This document shows positions 1 to 12,276 of a stretch of DNA of 43,170 bases, piece by piece; position 1 is the first letter of the stretch, and each line of letters starts with the position of its first letter. This DNA is from Chiloscyllium plagiosum (lineage: Eukaryota): NCBI RefSeq assembly GCF_004010195.1, contig NC_057752.1, positions 11,660,273 to 11,703,442 on the forward strand, written 5' to 3'. The translations under genes and the position numbers were made by a program. The notes under the pieces were generated by a model. It saw only the letters and a program-made list of their open reading frames with translations, was not told the DNA's origin and made no database searches.

Positions 1-451
1 CTTTCTTGTGCCCCCTCCTGGCTCTCCTCAGACCATTTTTAAGCTCCTTCCTTGCCTGCCTGTAATCCTGCAGAGCTGAGCTTGATCCTAGCTTCCTCCA
101 CCTTATGTAAGCTACCTTTTCCCTTTTGAGGAGAAGCTCCACTGCTCTCGTCATCCAAGGTTCCTTTATCTTACCCCTTCTTGCCTGTCTCAGAGGGACA
201 TATTTATTCATCACTTGCAACACCTGTTCCTTAAACAGTCTCCACATGTCTATAGTGCCTTTACCATGGAACAATTGCTCCCAATCCATGCTTCCTAACT
301 CATGTCTAATCGCATCATAGTTTCCTCTTCCCCAATTAAATATCCTCCCATTTTGCCTAATCCTCTCCCTCTCCATAACTATGTAGAATGTGAGGCAGTT
401 GTGGTCACTATCACCAAAATGCTCTCCCACCACAAGATCTGATACCTGCCC
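1..451 (-). mobile_element. CR1 LINE fragment (ORF2 endonuclease C-terminus/linker), 5'-truncated at ~451
   Basis: The reverse strand from 451 reads GQVSDLVVGEHFGDSDHN, the APE endonuclease SDH motif typical of CR1 ORF2. Confidence 0.8.
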
Positions 452-949
452 AAATTGCGAGGTGTTACATTTTGGTCAGATAAACCAGTGCAGGGCTTAT
501 GCAGTTAATGGTAGGTCCCTTGGGTGGTGTTATTGTACAAAGAGATCAAAGGGTGCAGGTACATAGTTCTTTGAATATTTAAGTAGAAGATTTAAAGACA
601 TGAACGTCACATAAATTATGAAACAGGATTCTTTTTCCTTCCTGGCATCAGATAGTAAAAGAAAATCAGAAAGTAAGTATTCAATAAAAACAATCTTCAG
701 ATTGGGCAAGTGCCATAGCTTACAGTTTGCTCGAGGAACACAGGGAAATGGGAACAGGAATTGGCCATCCAGTCCATCAAGCCCGCCCTGCCAATTAGTA
801 CGATCTTGCTGATCGAATAATTCAATCCCTTTTACGCTGACTATCCATGTAAACCCTTACAACATTCATAATCAACAAAAAGGTCTACCTGAAATATACT
901 GAATACTGAGCGTCCTCAAACTGCCAGATTAGACAATTCCCAAAGATTC

Positions 950-1852
950 GTAGACATTGGTGGGATCGTGGACAGTGAACAGGCTTGCCCAAGAGTACAA
1001 CAGGATCTTGATCAACTGCGCCAGGGGGCTGAGGAATGGCAGATGCAATTGAATTTAGATAATTGCGAGGTGTTACATTTTGGTCAGACAAACCAGTGCA
1101 GGGCTTATGCAGTTAATGGTAGGGTGGTGTTATTGTACAAAGAGATCAAAGGGTGCAGGTACATAGTTCTTTGAAAGTGGCATCACAGGTGGACAGGGAG
1201 GTGAAGAGAAGATGGTTGGCATGCTTGCCTTCATCGGTCAGAGCATTGAGTACAAGAGTCGGGATGTACTGTTGCAGTTGAACAAGTCCACATTTGGTGT
1301 ATTGTGTGTAACTCTGGTCGCCTTGCTATGGGAAGGACGGTATTAAACTGGAAAGGATGCAATAAAGAATTACATGGATGTTAGCGTGACTTAAGGGTTT
1401 GAGGTATAAGAAGCGTCTGAATAGACTGGGACTTTTTCGTTTCCCTGGAGAGTCAGAAGCTGAGGGGTGAACATATAAATGCTTACAAAATCATGAAGGG
1501 CACAGATAAGGTAAATAGCCAAGATCATTTTTTCCAGGGTTACCGAGTCCAATACTAGAGGGTATCAGTTTAAGAAGAGAGGGGAAAGATTTAAAATGGA
1601 CCTGAGGAGCAACTTTTTCATGCACAGGGTGGTGCATGTATGAACAAGTTGCCAGAGGAAGTGGCAGAGGTTTTTACAATTACAACATTTAAAAGGCATC
1701 AGGATGGGTACATGGATGGGGAAGGTTGAGAGGGAAATGGGCCATATTTGGCAAATGGGACTAGTTCAGTTTTGGAAACCTGGCCAGCATGGATGAGGTG
1801 GGCCTAACGGTCTGTTTCTGTGCTGTATAACTCCATGACTCTATGACTCTAT
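950..1852 (+). mobile_element. CR1 LINE 3' fragment (RT C-terminus to tail)
   Basis: Encodes WQMQLNLDNCEVLHFG and a decayed HLEYCV-FWSP-like region; ends in a short tandem tail (atgactct)n. Confidence 0.85.
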
Positions 1853-2300
1853 TTAGAGTAAAAATATTTCTGTTCGTATCAGTACATACTAAATTGCAGC
1901 TCCCTGATTTTAAAATCTCATTCCTTCTGCTTCATCTGGGCTTTTCCCTATCTCCTGTCTGATCATTGGATAGGGGAGCTAATCCTGGGTGGCTTGAATT
2001 ATCTGGAAGGATATTCAAGCAAATCTAAATATCTAAACCTGGGTACAGGGGATAAATGGTTCACCCATCTCCAGCAGTGAATGAATATTCTATCACTGTG
2101 CTGAACCCTGTCAATCCAGGAATGGGTGATTTCATTGGAAAAAGATTGGATGAAGATTGCAATTCAATTATTATGGTCTCACCACAAGCCAACAAACCAG
2201 TTTCAGATTGTAGCATTTCTATCCATCCAGTTTGAACTAAGCACTACGAATGGCTGACCAATAATTTCCAGTTCCTTAACCCTTTATGTCTTTGTTACAG

Positions 2301-2662
2301 TTAACTTATTAGGAATTATAATCCTGTCCTGTGCGGGGTCAGAGTAAGGGAGAGAGTCACAGTGACACAAAGGAAGCCCATGATTTTATTTTTCACGATA
2401 TCACGTAGCTTCATCCTCCTCTGGTCTCTGCATGTCATAGAATTCTTATATTATACCATTTTAGGAATTGATCCCCAAAGGGATTATAACGATTCCGAAT
2501 ACGTCTTCAAACAAGTTGAATGGATAACGCGAGATTTAAGTTGCAACACAATCACATCTTTTTATGGCGTGACTCAGTCGAAGTTCAGAGAGCAGGTCAA
2601 GAGTGTGGTGAAATATCCAATCGAGTCATTTTTTTTCATTTATCAATAAAGAAAACAAGTGA
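2301..2662 (+). pseudogene. GPR139-like GPCR exon 2 pseudogene with ~540 bp internal deletion
   Basis: Acceptor ttacag|ttaac as at 28050, then a jump from atcctgtc directly to tgcggggtcagag (equivalent to ~28620). A second small deletion and a disrupted C-terminus follow. The residual protein VIEFLYYTILGIDPQRDY is identical to the intact copy. Confidence 0.9.
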
Positions 2663-2712
2663 GAATGGAACATGTTTCAATAAAGTTGCCTCTCAGCTTT
2701 CTAAACTCCAAT

Positions 2713-3014
2713 GGCATGGTGGCTCAGTGGTTAGCACTGCTGCCTTACAGCACAAATGGTCCCGGGTTCAATTCCAGCCTCGGGCGACTGTCTGTGTGGA
2801 GTTTGCACATTCTCCCCGTGTCTGCGTGGGTTTCCTCCGGGTGCACCGGTTTTCTCTCACAGTCCAAAGATGTGCAGGTCAGGTGAATTGCCCATAGTGC
2901 TAGGTGCATTAGTCAGAGGGAAATGGGTCTGGGTGGGTTACTCTTTGGAGGGTTGGTGTGGACTGGTTGGGCTGAAGGGTCTGTTTCCACTATGTAGGGA
3001 ACCAAATCTAATTT
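2713..3014 (+). mobile_element. tRNA-derived HE1/V-SINE-type SINE
   Basis: Box A tggctcagtgg, box B ggttcaattcc, core gtgtggagtttgcacattctccccgtgtctgcgtgggtttcctccgggtg. Absent from the paralogous site at ~29013. Confidence 0.88.
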
Positions 3015-3671
3015 AGTACAGGCCCAAAGTCTCCTCATCCGACCTCTCCTCAACATGCAGTCCTTCCATACCTAGGATCAGCCAAGTAAACCTTCTTTGG
3101 ACTGTCTCCAAAGCCAGTCTATCTTCCATAAGAACATTACAACTAGGAGCAGGAGTAGGTCATTCAGCCCTTCAAGGGTGCTCCGCCATTTAATACAATC
3201 ATGGCTGAATGTATCTTGCCTCAACTCCACTTTCCGGCCCACTCCCCATGCTGAGTCTGTTGAAATCCTTCAAGATCTTCTACATTTGAATTAAGCCATA
3301 GCTGACTCCTCAAAACACCAGCACAGAGTATCCAAGACTGTCCAGTATTTTCTCATAAACATCTATATATGGTGGATAGCACCAATACCCTGGTACATTA
3401 AGCTGCCAATCCTGAATTGGACATTCCCTGAGCCACATTTCTGTAATAGCCTTGATATCCCAATCCCATGTTCTCAACTATGTCCTGAGCTCATCTGACT
3501 TACCTTACATGCCTCTTGCATTGAAATAAAGACAGTTTAAATCATACATCCTCAAATAGTGATCGCAGAACTGCACACACTTCATTTCCCTTATCATTGA
3601 GGCATAAACTCCTGTTTTTGAATGCCTTTTAGGATAAATGACAACATTTTATTCACTTGCCTTGTATTTTT

Positions 3672-4145
3672 CAATGTCAAGTGGTACTGCAGCAGTAACG
3701 ATGCATATTATACAGATCCCATATGGAGAGGATTCAAAAGGCTGGAAAAGATCTTAACACCAATGCTCCCATTTGCTGTTAATCCTGTTGATCAACACTC
3801 TGACAGTGCGGCACATTTTAGTGGCCAGTGGGGCCCGTAAGAGACTGAGGGATCAGAGCAAGGGGCAGAATCATTGTGACCCAGAGATGGAGAGTAGAAG
3901 AAAGTCTATTATCTTACTCTTTTTGATATCCAGTAGTTCATCCTTCTTATTTTCACCCTTTAGATCCATTATTTGATTAATATTCTGAACATATATACAT
4001 ATTGCATATATGCTCCGGGATATAAACTGCTGCAAGAAAACGCACTTATTTATGCAACAACATTGTCCAGGTTCAGAGAAAAGTTCACAAACGCGTTGAT
4101 ATTTCCTTTTAAGCAAACTATTAAATGTAAGCATCAATAAAACAA
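3672..4145 (+). pseudogene. Second, more diverged GPR139-like GPCR remnant (ECL2 to C-terminus only, frameshifted)
   Basis: Overlapping ORFs NVKWYCSSNDAYYTDPIWRGF..ILTPMLPFA and NTLTVRHILVASGARKRLRDQSKGQNHCDPEMESRRKSIILLF align with the intact receptor. A decayed LRDINCC (TM7) follows. The 5' half is replaced by CR1 debris. Confidence 0.85.
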
Positions 4146-4369
4146 ATGGTAATGCCACAACATGTGAAGGGGAATTGACAACAGTGATTGCTGGATGAAT
4201 GGAGGAAAAGATTGTTTCTGTCGGAGCAAATCTATCTAATATTAGCGATGATGAAAAGGGTACTCAGAGCATTAATACAAGGGTATCATTAAACAGCACA
4301 TTTAAGTCACACCAGATATGACTGCATCAAGAACAATGGATGAACATGAATAAATGGGGAATGATCAGT

Positions 4370-5210
4370 GTCACACAGTGTCCTCTGGAGCAAGAAAGGA
4401 GACAGAATTCTGACCCCTGTCCGTCTGGGACTTGACATCCCGTACCCTGACAGGGTGTTCCACAATCTGAGCTGTCTGACGGAAATCCTCCCGGTGACCT
4501 TTCGAACAGCACAGAGGTGTTACCTGTGGATTGATGCTGCACATTCTCCACTGCTACACCTCTGCCCACTGCCCGGTCATGCTTTGGCGAGACGTTTTTC
4601 CCTCCTTGGGCTGAGATTCCCATCGGAGGGTAATCTACAAAGGGGTCCTCCCGTCTTACCCCGGGGATCTGTTGTGGAGAGTGCTGCCTACAGTAGGCTG
4701 AGGGAGTTCACCGGGTGTCAGGCCACACACACGTTCTATGGCCTGGAGGAGACTGTTTTCCATGTGTATGTCCGGTATGTCCTCTTGTTCAGTTTTTGAA
4801 GGGACTGCTGTTAAAATGTTGTTTACATTTCAGTCCCACCTTCCTGATCTACTGACACTGGGTGTGGGGATGGGCGGCCAAGTCTCCAGACCTTCTCATG
4901 TCTCTGCTCCTTTGGCCTGGCCAAGATGGCCATTAACAGGTCCAGGCAGCAGGTCGAGGAGGGGCTTGTCGTTCCTGACTGTCCGCACCTCTTTCACGGG
5001 TACATCTGCCCTCGGGTGTCCCTGGAGAGGGGGCACGTGGTCATCACCAGCATGGTCGAGGCCTTTCGAGACTGGTGGGCACTGCGGGAGCTGGAGTGCA
5101 TCAACCAGCCTGGAAAATTATATTGCCGTTTCGTTGGTTTCTGTTCCAATGAATTTTTTTTTCCCATTTTCATTTTGGACTTTCTGAAAGAAACAAGGGA
5201 TTCATTTTAA
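4370..5210 (+). mobile_element. Tx1-like (L1 clade) non-LTR retrotransposon 3' end, degraded
   Basis: Zinc-knuckle remnant TFYGLEETVFHVYV and C-terminal AINRSRQ..RVSLERGHVV..EAFRDWW..LECI resemble the Tx1-type ORF2 C-terminus. Confidence 0.65.
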
Positions 5211-5569
5211 CATTTGTTGTCCCAGTCCAAAGTGAATTTGATGTGGATGGGCCAAGGGGATTTGACTTTTAGTTTACTCTGAGTTCTAATGAGTTGAGTG
5301 ACTCTATTTTAACCCCTTGTTGCACCTACTCAAGATGTTTGGAGGGGACGTAGTGGAGGGAAAGTCGTATTTTATTTTCAGAGTCTTAGGAACTTTATTT
5401 TGAGTTCAAAAGAGACGAGGGACCTTTGAGCTCCAAAGAGTCAAGGATACTTCACTTTTCTGTTTACCAAGAGGAGAGAGAGTTTGCTCTGTATTTAACC
5501 CAGTGCTGTCCCGATCCCAGGAGTGTTTGATGGGGGCAATGTTGAGGGGAATTAACTTTTGACTTTTGA

Positions 5570-7442
5570 ATTGCCCCTGCAATTTCCTGCCTTGAAATCT
5601 ACCCCCACCCCCGACCCATCCCCCACAGCAGCCTGGGATTCAATTCATCTGGGTCAGGGAATTTGTCTGTTTGGAAACTCGACAGAGATTCCAATCCCTC
5701 CCTATTTCCTATGTCAAACTGTGCAAGTTCCTCACAGTCTCTTTTCTTGAATTCCATTACTGTGTTCACCTTTTCCAGAATGAAGACTGAACGGAAGTAT
5801 TCATTCAACACCCTTCCAATATCCTGTGGCTTCACACACAAGCTGTCCCTTTGGTCCCCAATGGGGCCTAATCATTCCCTGGTTAGCCTAATCCTTTTAA
5901 TGTATTTATAAAATATCTTAGGATGCTCCCAAATCTTGTTCGCAGCTCATTTCTTATGCCCCCTTTTTGTGTTCTAATCGCTTTTTTAAATTCCCTCTTG
6001 CCTTCACTGTGTTCTCCGAAAGCCACATCTGAATTGCTCCCTTTGGACTTCCTGAAAGCCTTTCTTTTCTTCCTCATCCAGTCCTGAATTGTCCAAGACA
6101 TCCAGGGTTTCCTGAACTTTCTGCTACTCTATCTCCCGTAATCTCCCATCTCCTTTCTGAATGCCCGCACTACTACACTATAGACATATCTACAAGGAGC
6201 TCTTCCCAGTCAACATTGGCCATATTCTGCTTTATTTCAATAAAGTCTGCCTTCCCCCAATCCAAAGCCATCTTTCTCCATGTCCATAATAAATTTGAAC
6301 AGTACCGTGTTGTGGCCGCTATCGCTGAAATGATCCCCCACTGCCACATCGAACACTTGCATGGCTTTTTTCCCCAGAACCAGACCCAGCATTGCACAGT
6401 CCCTTGTTGGGCCTTCTACATATTGATACGAAACATCTCCCCTGAATGCGTTTCAAGAAATCTGTCCCATGTAAACCCTTAACTCGATGAGTATTCCAAT
6501 TTCTGTTGGGAATGTTGAAATCCCAATTACTTGATTATTATTATTGTTATTATTATTATTATTACACAAATCTGTGAACCATCTACATGTGTAATTCTCT
6601 ATTTCCCACTGACACTTGTGACTCAATGACTCCCTGAGTCTAAAACCCTCCCTCTTGCATGAATTCTTGAGCCATCTGTCCAATTTTCCTATTTCAATGG
6701 TGTCTAGTATGTGGCACCGGTAATAATCCAGAGATTACAACCATTGAGGTCCTGCTTTTTAATCTCCTGCCTAGCTCTCTGAATTCTTGATGCAAGATGT
6801 CATTCCTCCCTTTGCACATATCATCGGGACCAATATGCTGCCCGCCCTCTAAACCATCATCCACTCTATTCAGGATGCCCTGCAGCTATTCAGTGATGGT
6901 CCCTGACCCTGGCACTAGGGAGGCAACACACCATCCTTGAGTCACATGTTTGGGTGCAGATATCTGCTCTCCTGACTAAATAATCCCCTATCACTAATCC
7001 TCTTCCTTTATTCCTACCCTTGTACAGTCAAGTCGCTTGTGGTGCCAGAAGCTTGGCTCTGACTGCATTCCTCTGAGGTACCAGCACCCACATCAGCTTC
7101 CAAAGTGGAATACCGGTTAGTGAGTGGGAACCCAGGGGACTCCTGCACTACCTGCCTGTGATTTCTGGACTGTATGGTGGTCACTCATTCCCTTCTTCCC
7201 TCTAGACCCTTGAGCTGCAGTGTGACCACCTCTCTAAATGTGCTGTCCATGTCACTCTCAGCCTTGTGGATGTGCCACAGTGTCTCCAACTGCTGCTCCA
7301 GCTCCGAGACCCAGAGCTCCAGCTTCTGCAGCTGGGAACACCTCCTGCACATGTGGTCATCTCGGACACTGACAGGGTCCAGCACTCCCCACATGTGGCA
7401 AGCTGCACATTCCACTGACCTCTCTGAACATGTCTTAAACAT
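5570..7442 (-). mobile_element. Old CR1 LINE 5' portion: ORF1 (zinc finger/leucine zipper, esterase remnant) and ORF2 endonuclease/linker
   Basis: ORF 7185-7442(-) has CAAC..MW..C..C followed by heptads LELWVSELEQQLETL, as in the CR1 ORF1 N-terminus. Downstream reverse-strand pieces LNEYFRSVF and DKFPDPDELNPRLL are ORF2. Confidence 0.75.
6535..6564. repeat. (ATT)n microsatellite
   Basis: attattattattgttattattattattatt. Confidence 0.9.
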
Positions 7443-7709
7443 TCACAAATTAACACCTTTCTGCTCTGGCTCTCTGTAAATTAAGTTCCCACAATTTTGA
7501 AGCTTCATGGGTTTGAACCTTATACAGTCTTTGTTTCATTCGGTACACTTAGCTTTATTAACTGCATTAATTCTTACCAGACAGCAGATTTCCTACTCCT
7601 CTATCACTAAGGTTATGAAATTATTAAGTTGGAAGTCTTCATGGTTCAACCTTTAAGTCGGATTATCATTGTATGTTTTCCTCTTATTATTACAGATTAC
7701 AAACACTGG

Positions 7710-7995
7710 AGAACAGGTAGGAGTGACTGTCCTTGACATCAAGGAAACAGTTGGCAATTTGTAGGAAAAGAGCCACCACAAACCTGGAGTCAATGTGAAT
7801 CAGGGGGCAATCCCTCCTCAGGAGCCTGATGGAATACATTGGAATATGGCTGTAGTCGTTTAGGGATGGGTAACTCAGCTCCAGGACATCTCTGCAGGAT
7901 TTCCTCACTGTTGTGACCCAGACCCAACTAGTTTGCACTGCATCCACCACAATATCAAAGGAAGGGAAGTTCACTGATTGCTTCACAATGTTCAG
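7710..7995 (+). mobile_element. Degraded RT fragment of a second CR1/L2-group LINE family
   Basis: gtccttgacatcaagg (LDIK), ctggagtcaatg and cagctccaggacatctctgcagga (QLQDISAG, preceding the VPQG position). Confidence 0.5.
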
Positions 7996-8711
7996 AAAAA
8001 CCGATGAAGAAAAACTGATGTGGGTTAGTTCTGTGAAGAGACAGAGACGTTTAGAATAGGAAAGGGAGAAAGGGTAGAGAAGAGAAGTAAGTACTTTGTG
8101 CCTGTCTTAGCAGTGAAGGACACAGGAAGTCCCTCTGAAAGAAGTAGGGTTGAAAGATCCAGTGAAAGTTTGGAACTGAATGAAATTCGATATTGCAGGG
8201 AGTTGCATTGGAGAAATTAATAAGGCTGAAAGTTAATGCATTGAGGGGACCCGTTGGTATTAGTCTGAGAATGTTGAAAGAAATTTTGATAAAAATAGTG
8301 GATGCATTGATTATCACAATTCAAAATGACATTAATATCTCAGTGCGGGCCGCTGTTTGGGATTTTAACAAAGCAACACCATTGTTTAATAAAGTAGGCT
8401 GTACAACAATATAAAATGCAAATCTGTAAACCCGACCTATGTAGCTGGGAAGGTGATGCAATTATTAGAAGGCAAGTGATGATTTGACAAGTAGAAAACG
8501 ATTCTCAGATTCAACAGATGCAGCACAGAATTGTGAAGGCAAGAGAACTGAGAGGATTTCCTGAAGATGTAACTGGCAGAGTTGATGTGATGAAGCAGTG
8601 GATGTGGTGTATTTGGATTATCAGAAGAGTTTTGATAACGTGCCTCACAGGAAACAATATGAATGTGCCCGGGATTGCTGGGATTAAGGGTAGTGTCATA
8701 GACATGATGGC

Positions 8712-11010
8712 TTGTGATGGAGCCCACAAGGGAGCAGGCTATTCTGAACTTAGTTCTATGTAATGAGCTAGACTCTATAAAAGATCTTAACGTGAGGGAA
8801 CACTTAGGAGACAGCGATCATAATATGGTTGAATTCAGTCTGCAGTTTGAAAGAGAGAAAGCAAAATCAGATGTAATGGTGTTACAGTTAAATAAAGGTA
8901 ATTACAGGGGCATGAGAGAGGGTCTGGAAGCAGAGCCTAGTGGGGAAGACAGTAGAGCAACAATGGCAGGGGTTTCTGGGTGCAATTGAGGACACAGTAC
9001 AGAGGTTCATCCCAAAGAAAAGAAAGATTATCCAGGGAGCAGTTAGACAGCCATGGCTGACAAAATAAGTCAGGAAATGTATCAAAGAAAAAGACAGAGC
9101 CTATAAAGTGGCCAAGAGCACTGGGAAATCAGAAGATTGGGAAGACTACAAAAACAAACAGAGGATAACGGAGAGAGAGATAAGGAAGGAGAGGATCAAA
9201 TATGAAGGTAAGCTAGCCAGTAATATTAGAAATGATCGTAAAAGTTTCTTTCAATACATAAGAAACAAACGAGAGGCATAAGTAGAAATTGGGCCGCTCC
9301 AAATTGATGCTGGACGATTAGTGATAGGAGATAAGGAAATAGCTGAAGAACTTAATAAGGGCTTTGTGTCAGTCTTCACAGTGGAAGACAGGAGTAATAT
9401 CCCAACAATTAAGGAGAGTCGGGGGCAGAGTTGAGTATGGTAGCCATTACAAAAGAGAAAGTACTAGAAAAGTTAAAAGGTCTAAAACTTGAGTGGCTGA
9501 GGAAATAGCGGAGGTGTTGGTTGTGATCTTTGAAAAATCACTGGAGTTAGGGAAAGTCCCAGATGATTGGAAAATCGCTGTTGTAACCCCCTTGTTCAAG
9601 AAAGGATCAAGACAAAAGATGGAAAATTATAGGCCAATTAGCCTAACCTGGGTTGTAGGTAAAATTCTAGAATCCATCATTAAGGTTGAGGTTTCCAAAT
9701 TCTTGGAAGTGCGGGTTGGATTAGAATAAGTCAACATGGATTTAATAAGGGGAGATTGTGCCTGAAAAACCTGTTAGAATTCTTTGAAGAGGTAACAAGT
9801 AGGTTAGACCACGGAAACCCAGTGGATGTGATTTATCTAGACTTCGAAAGGCCTCTGATAAGGTGCCTCACGGGAGGCTGCTGAGTAAGGTGAGGGCCCA
9901 TGGTGTTCGAGGTGAGCTACTGGTATGGATTGAGGATTGGCTGTCTGACAGAAGGCAGAGAGTTGGGATAAAAGGTTCTTTTTCAGAATGGCAGCCGGTG
10001 AAGTGGGGTCCCGCAGGGTTCAGTGTTGGGGCTGCAGCTGTTCACTTCATATGTTAATGATCTGGATGAAGGGACTGGGAGCATTCTGGTCGATGATACG
10101 AAGTTAGGCTGACAGTACTGAGGAGGTGGGGAGGCTACAGCAAGTTTTAGAGAGTTTAGGAGCGTGGTCCAAAAAATGGCGATGAAATTTAATGTGAGCA
10201 AGACCGAGGTCTTGCACTTTGGCAAAAAAGAATACAGGCATGGACTATTTCTTAAATGGTGAGAAAATTCATAAAGCCGAAGTACAAAGGGATCTGGGAG
10301 TGCTCGTCCAGGATTCTCGAAAGGTTGATTTGCAGGTTGAGTTTGATTAAGAATGCAAATGTAATTATGTCATTTATCTCAAGAGGGTTGGATTATAAAG
10401 GCAGCGATGTGCTTCTGAGACTTTATAAACCTCTAGTTAAGCCCCAGTTGGAATACGGTGTCCAATTTTGGGCCCCACACCTCAGGAAGGACATGCTGGC
10501 ACTGGAGCAGGTCCAGCAGAGATTCACACGGATGATCCCTGGAATGGTAGGCCGAACGTATGATGAACAGGTGAGGATCCTGGGATTGTATTCATTAGCA
10601 TTTAGAAGGTTGAGGGGAGATCTAATAGAAACTTACAAGATAATGCATGGCTTAGAAAGGGTGGATGCTGGGAAGCTGTTTCGGTTAGGCAGGGAGACTA
10701 GGACCCGTGGGCACAGACTTAAAATTAGAGGGGGTCAATTTAGAACGGAAATGAGGGGACATTTCTTCAGCCAGAGAGTGGTAGGCCTGTGGAATTCATT
10801 GCCACGGGGCTCAATGGAGGCCGGGACGTTAAATGTCTTTAAGGCAGAGATTAATAAATTCTTGATCTCGTAAGGAATTAAGGGTTATGGGGAGAATGTG
10901 GGTAAGTGGAATTGAAACACCCATCAGCCATGAATAAATGGCAGAGTGGACTCGATGGTCTGAAAGGGCTTGCTTCCACACCTATGTCTTATGGTCTCAT
11001 GGTCTTATGA
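8712..11010 (+). mobile_element. CR1 LINE ORF2 (endonuclease end, RT, C-terminus) with 3' tail; internally deleted and frameshifted
   Basis: EPTREQAILNLV..EHLGDSDHN, NYRPISLT, VPHGRLL, LEYGVQFWAPHL, RRLRGDLIETYKI, RTRGH, WNSLP; tail (cttatggt)n. Confidence 0.92.
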
Positions 11011-11208
11011 TGCAAACATTGCACTGGGAATCAAGATAAACTCATCCACAAGTCATCACAAACATAAAATAATAACAGACTCTCAAAGTCTCACTGGTCT
11101 CCAGCTAAGACAAAGAAACCAGATCCCAGAATAACAGTGAAAATAAAGCAGCAAGAAAACACAAACTACATTTTGTATAGGATAATTAAAATGTTGATGT
11201 CCTCACCA

Positions 11209-11575
11209 TCTCTGGAACATCATCCACTCACTGCACCCTCCCTATCTCTGCAACGTCACTCACTCGCTGCAGTCCTCCCTGTCTCTGCAACGTCACTCAC
11301 TCGCTGCAGTCCTCCCTGTCTCTGTAACATCATTCACACACTGCAGGCCTCCCTATCTCTGTAGCATCATTCACTCACTGCAATCCTCCCTATCTCTGTA
11401 ACATCATCCAATCACTTGCAGCCCTCCCTATCTCTGTAACATCATTCATTCACTACAGCCCTCCAGATCTCTGTAACATCATTCACTCACTGCAGACCTC
11501 CCTGTCTCTGTAACATCATCCAATCACTGCAGTCCTCCCTATTTCTGTAACATCATTCACTCCCTGCAGCTCTCC
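11209..11575 (+). repeat. ~37 bp minisatellite, ~10 copies
   Basis: Unit approximately tctctgtaacatcattcactcactgcagtcctcccta, repeated with variants. Confidence 0.9.
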
Positions 11576-12276
11576 TTTTTTAACCATAATGTGGAGGTTC
11601 CACCACTGAAGTATTGTTTGATCTCTATAACCCTCCCCAGATTCTGGGCTCTTTTATGTCTCTGTCACGTTCTTCTACTTTTGTGACATTCCCTTGCTCT
11701 TGAAAAGCACTGCAACTCTCCAGATCTCGGAAAACCTCTCCACACCTTCCAGCCCCAGAGGAATTGGCCATTACAATCCACATGAGTTCCCACATTCTGT
11801 TCCTATGGTTGAAATGAAAGTGGCAGAAACGGATACCTGGAGTTATCAAGTGATGATTTTGAACAGAGCCTCGAAGTTGCTTGCTCTTTCAACGTTTAAT
11901 ATAAGTAACTGACATGGATATTATCCCAAATTACCAGCTCAGGGTATGGGATTTGAAGAATAATGGGTGAATGTGGGCATTGATTTCACTTTCCTCATCT
12001 AAGTCATTCATTGATATTGTAAATAATTGTTATGGATGGACAATAAATGCTGGGCCCAGCCAGCGAGCCCCCCTCATGCCTGCCCTTGGTCCATATCCCT
12101 CCATTCCTTGCATATTCATGAGCTTATCTAAAAGTCCCTTAAACAACCCTGTCTTATCTGCCTCCACCAGCACACTTCACAGCGTGCTCCAGACTCCTCC
12201 CACTCCCTGTGTAAAACACCTATCCCTCACAACTCTTTTGAACTTTCCCCCCTCACCTTAAATGCATTCCCCCTCA

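Larger units (their letters stand above)
572..3190 (+). repeat. Segmental duplication of the GPCR intron end, exon 2 and 3' flank (paralogous to ~26400-29191)
   Basis: Colinear similarity, e.g. ttgaatattt aagtagaag vs ttgaatattccagtagaag. Both copies share the CR1 3' fragment, the unique intron (aaccctgtcaatccaggaatgggtgatttcattggaaaa), the splice acceptor and the 3' flank. Confidence 0.92.

Noticed and set aside
2713..2790. tRNA gene-like box A/B sequences here and at 29690, 34570 and 35920
   Set aside because: They are heads of SINEs, followed by the shared core and tandem tail, and I found no complete cloverleaf.
8712..11010. Potentially active CR1 (also 36330-38215)
   Set aside because: Multiple stops, frameshifts and deletions; 5'-truncated.
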